DNA from: Escherichia coli | GTDB taxonomy: Bacteria > Pseudomonadota > Gammaproteobacteria > Enterobacterales > Enterobacteriaceae | Length of the DNA stretch: 64,000 nt | Strand: one strand, 5' to 3' | Assembly: GCF_041886205.1 (NCBI RefSeq) | Contig: NZ_CP169029.1 | Shown: piece after piece, positions 1-15,222 of the stretch | Layout of the letters: every line of letters begins with the position of its first letter | How positions within the stretch are numbered: the first letter of the stretch is position 1 | Translations under genes and position numbers: made by a program | Notes under the pieces: model-generated | Seen by the model: only the letters and a program-made list of their open reading frames with translations | Database searches by the model: none | What the model was told of the DNA's origin: nothing

Positions 1-4126
<4,126 letters not shown>

Positions 4127-4289
4127 TTAAACGGCTTAACAAAAATCCAGTAATATGGATTAAAAAGCAGACTAAACCCCAAATATTTCTTATGTTTTAC
4201 TTTAGACCTATTCACGGTGGTTATTGTGTGCAAATACGCCTCTTGTTACAACCTTAACCCCAATGACCGATTTTCGGGAGAGCGACACC

Positions 4290-4931
4290 ATGAGTTTATT
4301 TGATAAAAAGCATCTGGTTTCCCCCGCCGATGCCCTGCCTGGACGTAACACCCCGATGCCCGTAGCCACGCTGCATGCGGTCAACGGTCACTCAATGACC
4401 AATGTACCTGACGGAATGGAGATTGCCATTTTTGCGATGGGTTGTTTCTGGGGTGTGGAGCGTCTGTTCTGGCAGTTACCCGGCGTTTACAGCACCGCCG
4501 CAGGCTATACCGGCGGCTATACGCCAAAAAATCCGACTTATCGGGAAGTGTGCTCCGGTGATACGGGTCATGCCGAAGCGGTACGCATTGTTTACGATCC
4601 TTCCGTCATCAGCTATGAGCAGTTGCTACAGGTATTTTGGGAGAATCACGATCCCGCCCAGGGAATGCGTCAGGGCAATGACCACGGCACGCAGTATCGT
4701 TCAGCGATTTATCCGCTGACCCCAGAACAGGATGCCGCAGCTCGCGCCAGTCTGGAACGTTTTCAGGCGGCGATGCTTGCCGCCGATGACGATCGTCGCA
4801 TCACCACGGAAATCGCTAACGCCACACCGTTTTATTATGCCGAAGATGACCACCAGCAATATCTGCATAAAAACCCGTATGGTTACTGTGGAATTGGCGG
4901 AATTGGCGTCTGTCTGCCGCCGGAAGCATAG
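4290..4931 (+). CDS. msrA: peptide methionine sulfoxide reductase MsrA
   Basis: ORF 4224..4931, start taken at internal ATG ([24 protein letters not shown]); GCFWG motif present. Confidence 0.93.
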   Translation: MSLFDKKHLVSPADALPGRNTPMPVATLHAVNGHSMTNVPDGMEIAIFAMGCFWGVERLFWQLPGVYSTAAGYTGGYTPKNPTYREVCSGDTGHAEAVRIVYDPSVISYEQLLQVFWENHDPAQGMRQGNDHGTQYRSAIYPLTPEQDAAARASLERFQAAMLAADDDRRITTEIANATPFYYAEDDHQQYLHKNPYGYCGIGGIGVCLPPEA

Positions 4932-4978
4932 CGTTACGGGTACAAATGTAGATTGTCGATAAAGTGCTATTTGTCTAT

Positions 4979-5079
4979 GCCGGATGCGGCGTAAACGCCT
5001 TACCAGGCCTACAAAATCGTCCAAATTCAATATATTGCATGGACTGCGTAGGCGGCCTGATCGGCATAGCGCATCAGGC
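4979..5079. repeat. REP/BIME-type extragenic palindromes (two inverted REP units)
   Basis: tgccggatgcggcgtaaacgccttaccaggcctac followed by inverted gtaggcggcctgatcggcatagcgcatcaggca. Confidence 0.7.
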
Positions 5080-5256
5080 AGTTTTGCATTTATTAGCAGC
5101 CTGAATTTTAACCCTCTGGCGGCTTTACAGTACCTTACGCTATACTAGCCACTGAAAATGCCGGTTCACTTTCTTCGAATCGGCTTTCAATGTGTATTTC
5201 ACACAAATTAATCAACTTCCCCTTCCGAGGATCTGGCCTGAAAGGTCGGATAAGAT

Positions 5257-6603
5257 ATGTTAAACAGTATTTTAGTCATACTCTGCTTGATCGCTGTAAG
5301 TGCGTTCTTCTCGATGTCCGAGATCTCACTTGCCGCCTCACGCAAAATCAAACTTAAACTGCTGGCTGATGAAGGCAATATAAATGCCCAACGCGTTCTG
5401 AATATGCAGGAAAATCCCGGCATGTTCTTTACCGTGGTCCAAATCGGTCTGAACGCAGTGGCGATTCTCGGCGGTATCGTCGGTGATGCGGCATTTTCTC
5501 CAGCTTTTCACAGCCTGTTCTCCCGCTATATGTCGGCAGAGCTCTCTGAGCAACTGAGCTTTATTCTCTCTTTCTCGTGTTAGTGACTGGCATGTTTATC
5601 CTGTTTGCGGATTTAACCCCGAAACGCATCGGTATGATTGCGCCAGAAGCTGTGGCTTTGCGTATCATCAACCCGATGCGCTTCTGCCTGTACGTTTGCA
5701 CCCCGCTGGTGTGGTTCTTCAACGGCCTGGCGAACATGATCTTCCGTATTTTCAAACTGCCAATGGTACGTAAAGATGACATCACTTCTGATGACATCTA
5801 CGCGGTAGTGGAAGCCGGTGCGCTGGCGGGCGTGTTACGTAAACAGGAACACGAGCTGATTGAAAACGTCTTTGAGCTGGAATCCCGAACCGTTCCGTCT
5901 TCAATGACACCGCGTGAAAACGTGATTTGGTTTGATCTCCACGAAGATGAGCAAAGTCTGAAGAATAAGGTGGCGGAACATCCGCACTCTAAGTTCCTCG
6001 TCTGTAATGAAGATATTGACCACATCATCGGCTATGTCGATTCTAAAGACCTGCTGAACCGCGTGCTGGCTAACCAAAGCCTGGCACTGAACAGCGGCGT
6101 ACCAAATTCGCAACACGCTGATTGTGCCGGATACGTTAACCCTTTCAGAGGCGTTGGAAAGTTTTAAAACCGCAGGTGAAGACTTCGCGGTGATCATGAA
6201 CGAGTACGCGCTGGTGGTGGGGATCATCACCCTCAACGACGTGATGACCACGCTGATGGGCGATCTGGTCGGTCAGGGTCTGGAAGAGCAGATTGTCGCC
6301 CGTGATGAGAACTCATGGCTGATTGACGGCGGCACTCCGATTGACGACGTCATGCGCGTGCTGGATATTGACGAGTTCCCGCAGTCGGGCAACTACGAAA
6401 CCATCGGCGGCTTTATGATGTTTATGCTGCGTAAGATCCCGAAACGCACCGATTCGGTGAAATTCGCCGGCTACAAATTTGAAGTGGTGGATATCGATAA
6501 CTACCGCATCGACCAGCTGCTGGTGACCCGGATCGACAGCAAGGCCACCGCCCTTTCGCCAAAACTGCCTGACGCTAAAGATAAAGAAGAAAGCGTCGCG
6601 TAA
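5257..6603 (+). pseudogene. ytfL: ytfL (UPF0053/CNNM-type inner membrane protein, CBS + CorC domains); two frame breaks (near 5576-5580 and near 6100-6125)
   Basis: Three consecutive plus-strand ORFs 5257..5583, 5577..6167, 6124..6603 in frames 1,0,1; tandem GT duplication tcgtgtta at first junction. Confidence 0.8.
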
Positions 6604-6618
6604 CCCCCAGAAACATCA

Positions 6619-6641
6619 ACGGCTCCTGAATCAGGAGCCGT
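6619..6641. terminator. Bidirectional intrinsic terminator hairpin between convergent ytfL and ytfK
   Basis: Perfect 11-bp inverted repeat acggctcctga / tcaggagccgt. Confidence 0.6.
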
Positions 6642-6664
6642 CTTATTACTGCATAGCACTTTGG

Positions 6665-6871
6665 TTAAGCCATCTCTGTTTGCAGACGCATAACCTGACG
6701 GTTAACTTCGGACATCACTGACAAATGCAGCTTATCCTTCACTTTTGGGATAAGAATCTTACCCTTATCAAATTCAAAAGCGCCAACGTCCTTGATGTAT
6801 AACCGTCCACGGAACAGGATCTTTACGTACTTCGCCACCTGAAGTGGGTTGTACCGTTGGAAAATTTTCAT
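6665..6871 (-). CDS. ytfK: YtfK (DUF1107 small protein, 68 aa)
   Basis: ORF 6665..6937, start at internal Met [16 protein letters not shown]. Confidence 0.85.
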
Positions 6872-7198
6872 TGTTATCTCCTGCTGAGTATTACGCCTGT
6901 GCGGTGCCACAATCGGCCCAACTATTATGAGGCGCAAATTTTAATGCTTAGTGACTATAGACTATCCGGGCAATGTTTCCACCGCGTATAACTTTTTTTA
7001 CCTAAAGGTTACAATTATTCAGAATTATCTTTTTACCGAAGCGCGGTCTTCAGTATAAGCATTCATTTTTCATATGATTTGTGCGCTTGACCGCAAACTG
7101 GCATCACACTTGCGGGAAATTCGATAAATAGCACATATTATGATTAAAACTCAGACCCAAGTGGTCGGATCACCTGCATATCATAAGAAGGAAACACC

Positions 7199-7754
7199 AT
7201 GACCCTACGCAAGATTCTGGTACTCACCTGCCTGCTGTTGCCGATGATGGCTTCCGCACATCAGTTCGAAACCGGTCAGCGAGTGCCGCCGATTGGCATT
7301 ACCGATCGTGGCGAGTTGGTGCTTGATAAAGATCAGTTTAGCTACAAAACCTGGAACAGCGCGCAGTTAGTGGGAAAAGTGCGAGTACTGCAACATATTG
7401 CTGGTCGCACCTCTGCAAAAGAGAAAAACGCGACGCTGATTGAAGCGATTAAATCAGCGAAGTTACCGCACGATCGTTACCAGACCACCACCATTGTTAA
7501 CACCGACGACGCAATTCCGGGTTCCGGCATGTTTGTGCGCAGCAGTCTGGAGAGTAATAAAAAGCTTTATCCCTGGTCGCAGTTTATTGTCGATAGCAAT
7601 GGCGTCGCGCGCGGTGCCTGGCAGCTGGATGAAGAAAGTTCCGCTGTGTAGTGGTGCTGGATAAGGATGGTCGCGTGCAATGGGCCAAAGACGGGGCGCT
7701 CACTCAGGAAGAGGTGCAGCAAGTGATGGACCTGCTGCAAAAGTTGCTCAAATA
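7199..7754 (+). pseudogene. ytfJ: ytfJ (periplasmic YtfJ-family protein) with frameshift near 7645-7650
   Basis: ORF 7199..7651 ends ...EESSAV then continues VVLDKDGRVQWAKDG... in another frame to 7754; extra TG (ctgtgtag) at junction. Confidence 0.8.
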
Positions 7755-7817
7755 ATGGCAACAACATAGAGTCTGCAAAAATAATATTCCCCTGTCGATA
7801 CCTATGGGATAGGGGAA

Positions 7818-8757
7818 TTAAGTGTATGAGTTCTTACGCCGAACTAATACTGGTAACGCTAGTTGCTCTTTTTTAAACGCCTCAATGGTAGATTTATATT
7901 TCTCGCAAATCTCCTCTTCGGTAATATCACTATCTACCGCCAGATTCGCACTTACTATCGCATCCACTTGTTCGGCTAATTCCACTTGTTGGCAACCTGC
8001 ATTAACCAGAAAATTATAAATAAGAGAGTAATCTTCATCCTCCAAAACAACAAAGGAACCATTACGAAAACGTTCATCCCCTCCATAGATTGTAAGTACA
8101 GAGCCCAAAGATTCTATGACTATGGCAAAATTATCATCAATTATTTTTTCGTAAATAAATATACCATCCATCGCATTCTTTAATTCCACCTCCTGGTATT
8201 TGGAGTTCAAATTTACCCCGTTTTAATTTGCTTACTATATCCTCCAATAAGGCATAACCTAAAGACACGTCACCAAACGCCTGGCGAATATAACCTTTAA
8301 TCCTTTTCGGTATGTCAGACTGTTTTTTCGGTATGTCAGACTGTTTTTTCTGTAAAATATCCCAGGCATACAATCTTCTGTTTTGTTCTAACGGAAACTC
8401 GCGGTTTTTGAAATCCATGAATGAGTTATACTCATTTATTGTTATGGGAATTTCTTCGTATTCAAACCCACTGCCTCGCAATGTCATTGTATATTCGGCA
8501 CCGTTATCTTTAAGGCTGAAACTGATAAGAAACTTATCCATGGCGTTAACAGTTTCATTTTTTGATGAAAGTACCTGATAACTATTTTTATCAATCTGAG
8601 TTGCGCAACGAAAGAACTCCCTCAAAGTTAAGAGGCTATCATAATTCGAAACCCAATCTTTTTCCCTCCTAAATGCATGCTGAATATTATTAAAAAATTG
8701 TTTGAATGTGTTTTTGTATGCGATGATTTTACAAATAACTCCACCGCACCAATAAAA
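7818..8757 (-). pseudogene. ytfI: ytfI-like hypothetical protein, reading frame broken (overlap 8137-8210; no in-frame start found at 5' end)
   Basis: Minus-strand ORFs 7818..8210 and 8137..8625 overlap in different frames; low-GC, AT-rich; 5' limit approximate. Confidence 0.55.
8306..8347 (-). repeat. Perfect 21-bp tandem duplication inside ytfI-like ORF (encodes KKQSDIP x2)
   Basis: ttcggtatgtcagactgtttt repeated twice head-to-tail. Confidence 0.9.
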
Positions 8758-8994
8758 TTATTGTGTCTGATCCTGGGTAACATATGGCCACCTTATTTTA
8801 TTTGGTTATTTTATGTCGCCATTAAATATCTCATTATAGAAGTAAACTATCAAAAAACGCTCATTATTAAAATGTAACTTATTAGCAATTGAATTTTTGC
8901 ACTTTAAATACAATCTCTTTTTATTTATAACTTTTTAGGTTGGGAGAAATCAGGATGGCAGAATCAGGAAATACACTGTTTCTGCCATCTGAAT

Positions 8995-9742
8995 TTAGTA
9001 AATAGACACTCTGAACCCCGGATTCAGGAACGACTCGCGCGGAGTGTAATCCAGCGGTTTACCCTGCCAGTCGTGAACGTGCGCTCCGGCAGCTGCAGCC
9101 ACAGCATGTCCAGCGGCGGTGTCCCAAATATTCGTTGGTCCGAAGCGCGGGTACAGCTGCGCCTGTCCTTCCGCCACCACCAGGCAGAATTTCAGCGAAG
9201 AGCCGATGGACGTGGTCTGATGTTCGCCAAGCTGTTGCAGATACTCTTTCAGCTCCGCATCTGCATGGGAACGGCTGATAACCACCAGCGGCGGGCGCGC
9301 ATCGCGGACCTGAATCTGCTTGCGCACACCGCACTCTTCTTTCCAGGCTTTACCTTCTGCCGCGCTGTACATTACGTTCATTACCGGCGCATACACCACA
9401 CCTAAAATCGGTTTGCCGTGATCGATGAGCGCAATGTTAACGGTGAATTCGCCATTACGTTTAATAAACTCTTTAGTACCATCCAGCGGGTCTACCAGCC
9501 AGTAACGCTGCCAGTGCTGACGGACTTCCCAACCGGGAGGATCTTCTTCAGAAAGGACCGGAATATCCGGTGTCAGCGTACGTAAACCGTCCATGATAAC
9601 GGTGTGTGCGGCAATATCCGCTGCCGTTACCGGAGAATTGTCCGCTTTGCTGACGACGTCCATCGGTTTCGCCCCGTCGTAGACCTACCTGCATAATGGC
9701 ATCGCCTGCATTCCGTGCAAGCTGGCATACTTGATCTAACAT
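8995..9742 (-). pseudogene. cysQ: cysQ (3'(2'),5'-bisphosphate nucleotidase) with 4-bp tandem duplication frameshift after codon 19
   Basis: ORF 9548..9742 MLDQVCQLARNAGDAIMQV then frame change; main body 8995..9663; minus-strand AGGTAGGT (plus 9683-9690). Confidence 0.85.
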
Positions 9743-9931
9743 TTCTCCACCTCGTCTCTGTGAGCGGTGTTAACTTATTGTTTTACTTATACCCTATCGT
9801 TAATGAATGCGCCAACTGTGATAGTGTCATCATTTTCAAAGCGTAAAATTGTGGCATTCTTCACTGTTCTATAAGTAAGACGTTTATTCTCCCTTTTCTT
9901 TCGTATTCCCGATGATAAAAGGATGTCCCTG

Positions 9932-11882
9932 ATGATTAAGTTTAGCGCAACGCTCCTGGCCACGCTGATTGCCGCCAGTGTGAATGCAGCGACGGTCGAT
10001 CTGCGTATCATGGAAACCACTGATCTGCATAGCAACATGATGGATTTCGATTATTACAAAGACACCGCCACGGAAAAATTCGGACTGGTACGTACGGCAA
10101 GCCTGATTAACGATGCCCGCAATGAAGTGAAAAACAGCGTACTGGTCGATAACGGCGATTTGATTCAGGGGAGTCCACTGGCCGATTACATGTCGGCGGC
10201 GAAAGGATTAAAAGCAGGTGATGTTCATCCGGTTTATAAGGCGCTGAATACGCTGGATTACACGGTCGGTACACTCGGCAATCATGAATTTAACTACGGT
10301 CTGGATTACCTGAAAAATGCGCTGGCGGGAGCGAAATTCCCTTATGTAAATGCCAACGTCATTGACGCCAGAACCAAACAGCCAATGTTTACACCGTATT
10401 TAATTAAAGATACCGAAGTGGTCGATAAAGACGGAAAAAAACAGACGCTGAAGATTGGCTATATTGGCGTCGTGCCGCCGCAAATCATGGGCTGGGATAA
10501 AGCTAATTTATCCGGAAAAGTGACGGTGAATGATATTACCGAAACCGTGCGCAAATACGTGCCTGAAATGCGCGAGAAAGGTACCGATGTCGTTGTCGTT
10601 CTGGCGCATTCCGGGCTATCTGCCGATCCGTATAAAGTGATGGCGGAAAACTCAGTTTATTACCTCAGTGAAATTCCTGGCGTTAACGCCATTATGTTTG
10701 GCCATATGCTCACGCCGTTTTCCCAGGTAAAGATTTTGCTGATATCGAAGGGGCTGATATCGCGAAAGGCACGCTGAATGGTGTTCCGGCGGTAATGCCG
10801 GGCATGTGGGGCGATCATCTTGGGGTGGTCGACTTACAACTCAGTAATAACAGCGGTAAATGGCAGGTGACGCAGGCGAAAGCGGAAGCACGGCCGATTT
10901 ACGACATCGCCAATAAAAAATCCCTCGCGGCGGAAGACAGCAAGCTGGTAGAAACACTCAAAGCCGATCACGATGCCACACGCCAGTTCGTCAGCAAGCC
11001 AATCGGTAAATCCGCCGACAATATGTATAGCTATCTGGCGCTGGTGCAGGACGATCCGACCGTGCAGGTGGTGAACAACGCGCAAAAAGCGTATGTCGAG
11101 CATTACATTCAGGGCGATCCGGATCTGGCAAAACTGCCGGTGCTTTCAGCTGCTGCACCGTTTAAAGTTGGTGGTCGCAAAAATGATCCGGCAAGCTATG
11201 TGGAGGTGGAAAAAAGGCCAGTTGACCTTCCGTAATGCCGACGATCTTTATCTCTACCCCAATACGCTGATTGTGGTGAAAGCCAGCGGTAAAGAGGTGA
11301 AAGAGTAGCTGGAGTGCTCCGCCGGACAGTTTAACCAGATTGATCCTGACAACACGAAACCACAGTCACTCATCAACTGGGATGGTTTCCGCACCTATAA
11401 CTTTGATGTGATTGATGGTGTGAATTATCAGATTGATGTTACCCAGCCTGCCCGTTATGACGGCGAGTGCCAGATGGTTAATGCCAATGCGGAAAGGATT
11501 AAGAACCTGACCTTTAATGGCAAGCCGATTGATCCGAACGCCATGTTCCTGGTTGCCACCAATAACTATCGCGCTTACGGCGGCAAATTTGCCGGTACGG
11601 GCGACAGCCATATCGCTTTTGCTTCACCGGATGAGAACCGCTCGGTGCTGGCAGCGTGGATTGCTGATGAGTCGAAACGTGCGGGGGAAATTCACCCGGC
11701 GGCAGATAACAACTGGCGTTTTAGCACCGATAGCTGGCGATAAGAAACTGGATATCCGTTTCGAAACCTCTCCATCAGATAAAGCCGCGGCGTTTATTAA
11801 AGAGAAAGGGCAATATCCGATGAATAAAGTCGCGACCGATGATATCGGGTTTGCGATTTATCAGGTGGATTTGAGTAAGTAA
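9932..11882 (+). pseudogene. cpdB: cpdB (2',3'-cyclic-nucleotide 2'-phosphodiesterase/3'-nucleotidase) with about 3 frame breaks
   Basis: ORF fragments 9923..10777, 10795..11235, 11408..11743, 11517..11882 in frames 2,1,2,0; AT duplication catat at 10703-10707 at first junction. Confidence 0.85.
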
Positions 11883-11899
11883 TACACTTCTTTTTCGGC

Positions 11900-12003
11900 C
11901 TATAAATCATCAACCGCATCCGGCACTTTTGTCGGATGCGATGCTGGCGCATCTTATCCGCCCTACAAGTCATGAACCGTAGGCCGGATAAGCGCAGCCG
12001 GCA
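11900..12003. repeat. REP/BIME-type palindromic repeats between cpdB and ytfH
   Basis: cggatgcgatgctggcgcatcttatccgccctac ... gtaggccggataagcgcagccggc. Confidence 0.65.
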
Positions 12004-12004
12004 G

Positions 12005-12385
12005 TTATGCCGCACGTTCATCCCGCACCGCCAACACCTCGGGCAAATTCAACTCAATCCAGTCCGCCAGTGCAGCAACCTTTTCGCTCACCTGCTCGCC
12101 CAGCGGCGTGAGGCTATATTCCACATGCGGCGGCACCACCGGATACGCGATACGGTTAAGAAAACCATCCTGTTCTAACGCCTGTAACGACTGCGCAAGC
12201 ATCTTTTCACTCACCCCACCGATTTTGCGCCGCAGGTCGCTAAAGCGATGAGTACCTTCGCGTAGCGCCACCAGAATCAACACCCCCCAACGGCTGGTGA
12301 CGTGTTTCAACACCTCGCGCGACGGGCACTGTTCCGCAAAGAGATTACCCTCTTTCAGTTGTTGTGACAGGCTAACCTGACTCAT
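12005..12385 (-). CDS. ytfH: HxlR-family transcriptional regulator YtfH
   Basis: ORF 12005..12496, start at internal Met MSQVSLSQQLKEGNLFAEQCPSREVL (126 aa). Confidence 0.85.
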   Translation of the reverse strand: MSQVSLSQQLKEGNLFAEQCPSREVLKHVTSRWGVLILVALREGTHRFSDLRRKIGGVSEKMLAQSLQALEQDGFLNRIAYPVVPPHVEYSLTPLGEQVSEKVAALADWIELNLPEVLAVRDERAA

Positions 12386-12473
12386 TTCATACTTACCTTT
12401 TTGTACGTACTTACTAAAAGTAAGTTTAGGTGTTAGCGTATTTAAACACAAGACAAAACGATGGAGACTTCCC

Positions 12474-13334
12474 ATGATCGCTATTACTGGTGCCACTGGC
12501 CAACTTGGTCACTATGTTATTAAATCCTTGATGAAAACGGTTCCTGCCAGCCAAATAGTGGCTATCGTTCGTAATCCGGCAAAAGCCCAGGCACTGACAG
12601 CACAAGGCATTACCGTGCGTCAGGCTGACTACGGCGATGAAGCCGCACTGACATCTGCACTTCAGGGAGTGGAAAAACTACTGCTGATCTCTTCCAGCGA
12701 AGTGGGTCAACGTGCCCCGCAGCATCGTAATGTTATTAATGCCGCAAAGACGGCTGGCGTGAAATTTATCGCTTATACCAGTCTGCTTCACGCGGATAAA
12801 TCTCCGCTCGGCCTCGCCGATGAGCACATCGAGACGGAGAAAATGTTGGCTGATTCTGGCATCGTTTACACCCTGCTGCGCAACGGCTGGTACACCGAAA
12901 ACTATCTCGCCAGCGCCCCGGCAGCACTGGAGCACGGCGTATTTATCGGTGCCGCGGGCGATGGCAAAATTGCCTCGGCAACGCGGGCAGATTATGCGGC
13001 AGCTGCGGCACGCGTGATTAGCGAAGCCGGTCACGAAGGCAAGGTTTACGAGCTGGCGGGCGATAGTGCCTGGACGTTGACACAGTTAGCGGCAGAGCTG
13101 ACCAAACAGAGCGGCAAACAGGTTACCTATCAAAATCTGAGCGAAACCGATTTCGCTGCGGCGCTGAAAAGCGTTGGCCTGCCTGACGGACTGGCGGATA
13201 TACTGGCGGATTCTGACGTTGGCGCATCGAAAGGCGGTCTGTTTGATGACAGCAAAACGCTGAGCAAATTGATTGGCCGCCCAACGACAACGTTAGCCGA
13301 AAGCGTAAGCCATCTTTTTAATGTTAATAAATAG
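12474..13334 (+). CDS. qorB: NAD(P)H:quinone oxidoreductase QorB (YtfG), NmrA-like
   Basis: 286-aa ORF MIAITGATGQLGHYVIKSL, Rossmann GxxGxxG. Confidence 0.9.
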   Translation: MIAITGATGQLGHYVIKSLMKTVPASQIVAIVRNPAKAQALTAQGITVRQADYGDEAALTSALQGVEKLLLISSSEVGQRAPQHRNVINAAKTAGVKFIAYTSLLHADKSPLGLADEHIETEKMLADSGIVYTLLRNGWYTENYLASAPAALEHGVFIGAAGDGKIASATRADYAAAAARVISEAGHEGKVYELAGDSAWTLTQLAAELTKQSGKQVTYQNLSETDFAAALKSVGLPDGLADILADSDVGASKGGLFDDSKTLSKLIGRPTTTLAESVSHLFNVNK

Positions 13335-13442
13335 TTAATTAAAGTGGCATCCTCCCGCATCCTCTCTGATAATGACGGGATGCCGGGAGCAATCATGTCT
13401 GCTTCCTGAACGTTTCTTCTGACAGACCAATGGATGCCAGTA

Positions 13443-14408
13443 ATGATTAGCGGCGTGCTGTACGCCCTGTTAGCAGGGTTGATGTGGGGGCTTATTTTTG
13501 TCGGGCCGTTGATCGTGCCGGAATACCCGGCGATGTTGCAGTCGATGGGGCGTTATCTGGCGTTAGGGTTAATTGCGCTACCCATTGCCTGGCTGGGACG
13601 CGTGCGTCTGCGTCAGTTGGCGCGTCGCGACTGGCTTACCGCCTTGATGCTCACTATGATGGGCAACCTCATCTATTACTTCTGCCTTGCCAGTGCCATT
13701 CAACGTACTGGCGCGCCTGTTTCTACGATGATTATTGGCACCCTGCCGGTGGTCATTCCTGTCTTTGCCAATCTGCTTTATAGCCAGCGCGACGGCAAAC
13801 TCGCGTGGGGAAAACTCGCCCCGGCACTGATTTGTATTGGCATCGGCCTGGCGTGTGTGAATATTGCTGAGTTAAACCACGGACTCCCCGATTTTGACTG
13901 GGCACGTTATACCTCTGGCATCGTGCTAGCGTTAGTTTCCGTGGTCTGCTGGGCATGGTATGCCCTGCGCAACGCCCGCTGGCTGCGGGAAAATCCCGAC
14001 AAACATCCGATGATGTGGGCGACGGCGCAGGCGCTGGTCACGCTGCCGGTTTCTCTCATCGGCTATCTCGTCGCCTGTTACTGGCTGAATATACAAACGC
14101 CGGACTTCTCCTTACCTTTTGGCCCCCGTCCGCTGGTGTTTATTAGTCTGATGGTTGCGATAGCCGTGCTTTGCTCATGGGTTGGCGCACTCTGCTGGAA
14201 CGTCGCCAGCCAGCGATTACCGACAGTGATTCTCGGGCCGCTGATCGTTTTCGAAACACTGGCAGGTTTGCTGTACACCTTTTTGATACGCCAGCAAATG
14301 CCGCCGCTGATGACGCTGAGCGGTATCGCGCTGTTAGTGGTTGGCGTGGTCATTGCAGTCAGAGCAAAACCGGAAAAGCCTTTAACTGAATCTGTCTCAG
14401 AAAGTTGA
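13443..14408 (+). CDS. ytfF: EamA/DMT-family inner membrane transporter YtfF
   Basis: ORF 13434..14408, multi-TM hydrophobic protein; start choice uncertain by 3 codons. Confidence 0.8.
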   Translation: MISGVLYALLAGLMWGLIFVGPLIVPEYPAMLQSMGRYLALGLIALPIAWLGRVRLRQLARRDWLTALMLTMMGNLIYYFCLASAIQRTGAPVSTMIIGTLPVVIPVFANLLYSQRDGKLAWGKLAPALICIGIGLACVNIAELNHGLPDFDWARYTSGIVLALVSVVCWAWYALRNARWLRENPDKHPMMWATAQALVTLPVSLIGYLVACYWLNIQTPDFSLPFGPRPLVFISLMVAIAVLCSWVGALCWNVASQRLPTVILGPLIVFETLAGLLYTFLIRQQMPPLMTLSGIALLVVGVVIAVRAKPEKPLTESVSES

Positions 14409-14466
14409 CATACTGGCAGTGAGTTAAATAAGCCTCTGCTACGTAAGGGTTATAGCATTTGCCTTA

Positions 14467-14489
14467 AAGATGCATTTAAAATACATCTT
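14467..14489 (+). promoter_or_regulatory. NsrR operator (11-1-11 inverted repeat) in ytfE promoter
   Basis: AAGATGCATTTAAAATACATCTT, near-perfect palindrome about 27 bp upstream of ytfE start; matches known NsrR site. Confidence 0.8.
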
Positions 14490-14515
14490 ATCTTATTAAG
14501 AATGAGGTATCAGCT

Positions 14516-15178
14516 ATGGCTTATCGCGACCAACCTTTAGGTGAACTGGCGCTCTCTATCCCTCGCGCTTCGGCTCTGTTTCGTAAATATGATATGGATT
14601 ACTGCTGCGGCGGTAAGCAAACGCTGGCGCGTGCGGCGGCACGTAAAGAACTGGATGTTGAGGTCATTGAAGCTGAGCTGGCAAAGCTTGCTGAACAACC
14701 GATTGAGAAAGACTGGCGTAGCGCCCCGCTGGCAGAAATCATCGACCATATCATCGTGCGCTACCACGATCGTCACCGCGAGCAACTGCCGGAGCTGATC
14801 CTGCAAGCGACTAAAGTCGAGCGCGTTCACGCCGACAAACCGAGCGTGCCAAAAGGGCTGACAAAATACCTGACCATGCTGCATGAAGAGCTTTCCAGCC
14901 ACATGATGAAAGAAGAGCAGATCCTCTTCCCGATGATCAAACAAGGCATGGGCAGCCAGGCAATGGGGCCAATCAGCGTAATGGAAAGCGAGCACGATGA
15001 AGCGGGCGAACTGCTGGAAGTGATCAAACACACTACCAATAACGTCACACCGCCGCCAGAAGCCTGCACCACCTGGAAAGCGATGTATAACGGCATTAAT
15101 GAACTGATTGATGACCTGATGGATCACATCAGTCTGGAAAACAATGTACTGTTCCCACGCGCGCTGGCGGGTGAGTAA
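14516..15178 (+). CDS. ytfE: iron-sulfur cluster repair di-iron protein YtfE (RIC)
   Basis: 220-aa [36 protein letters not shown]. Confidence 0.93.
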   Translation: MAYRDQPLGELALSIPRASALFRKYDMDYCCGGKQTLARAAARKELDVEVIEAELAKLAEQPIEKDWRSAPLAEIIDHIIVRYHDRHREQLPELILQATKVERVHADKPSVPKGLTKYLTMLHEELSSHMMKEEQILFPMIKQGMGSQAMGPISVMESEHDEAGELLEVIKHTTNNVTPPPEACTTWKAMYNGINELIDDLMDHISLENNVLFPRALAGE

Positions 15179-15185
15179 TCTAAAA

Positions 15186-15210
15186 GCTGGATGGCATTGC
15201 GCCATCCAGC
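15186..15210. terminator. Bidirectional terminator hairpin between convergent ytfE and cycA
   Basis: gctggatggc attgc gccatccagc, 10-bp stem. Confidence 0.55.
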
Positions 15211-15222
15211 ATGATAATGCGG

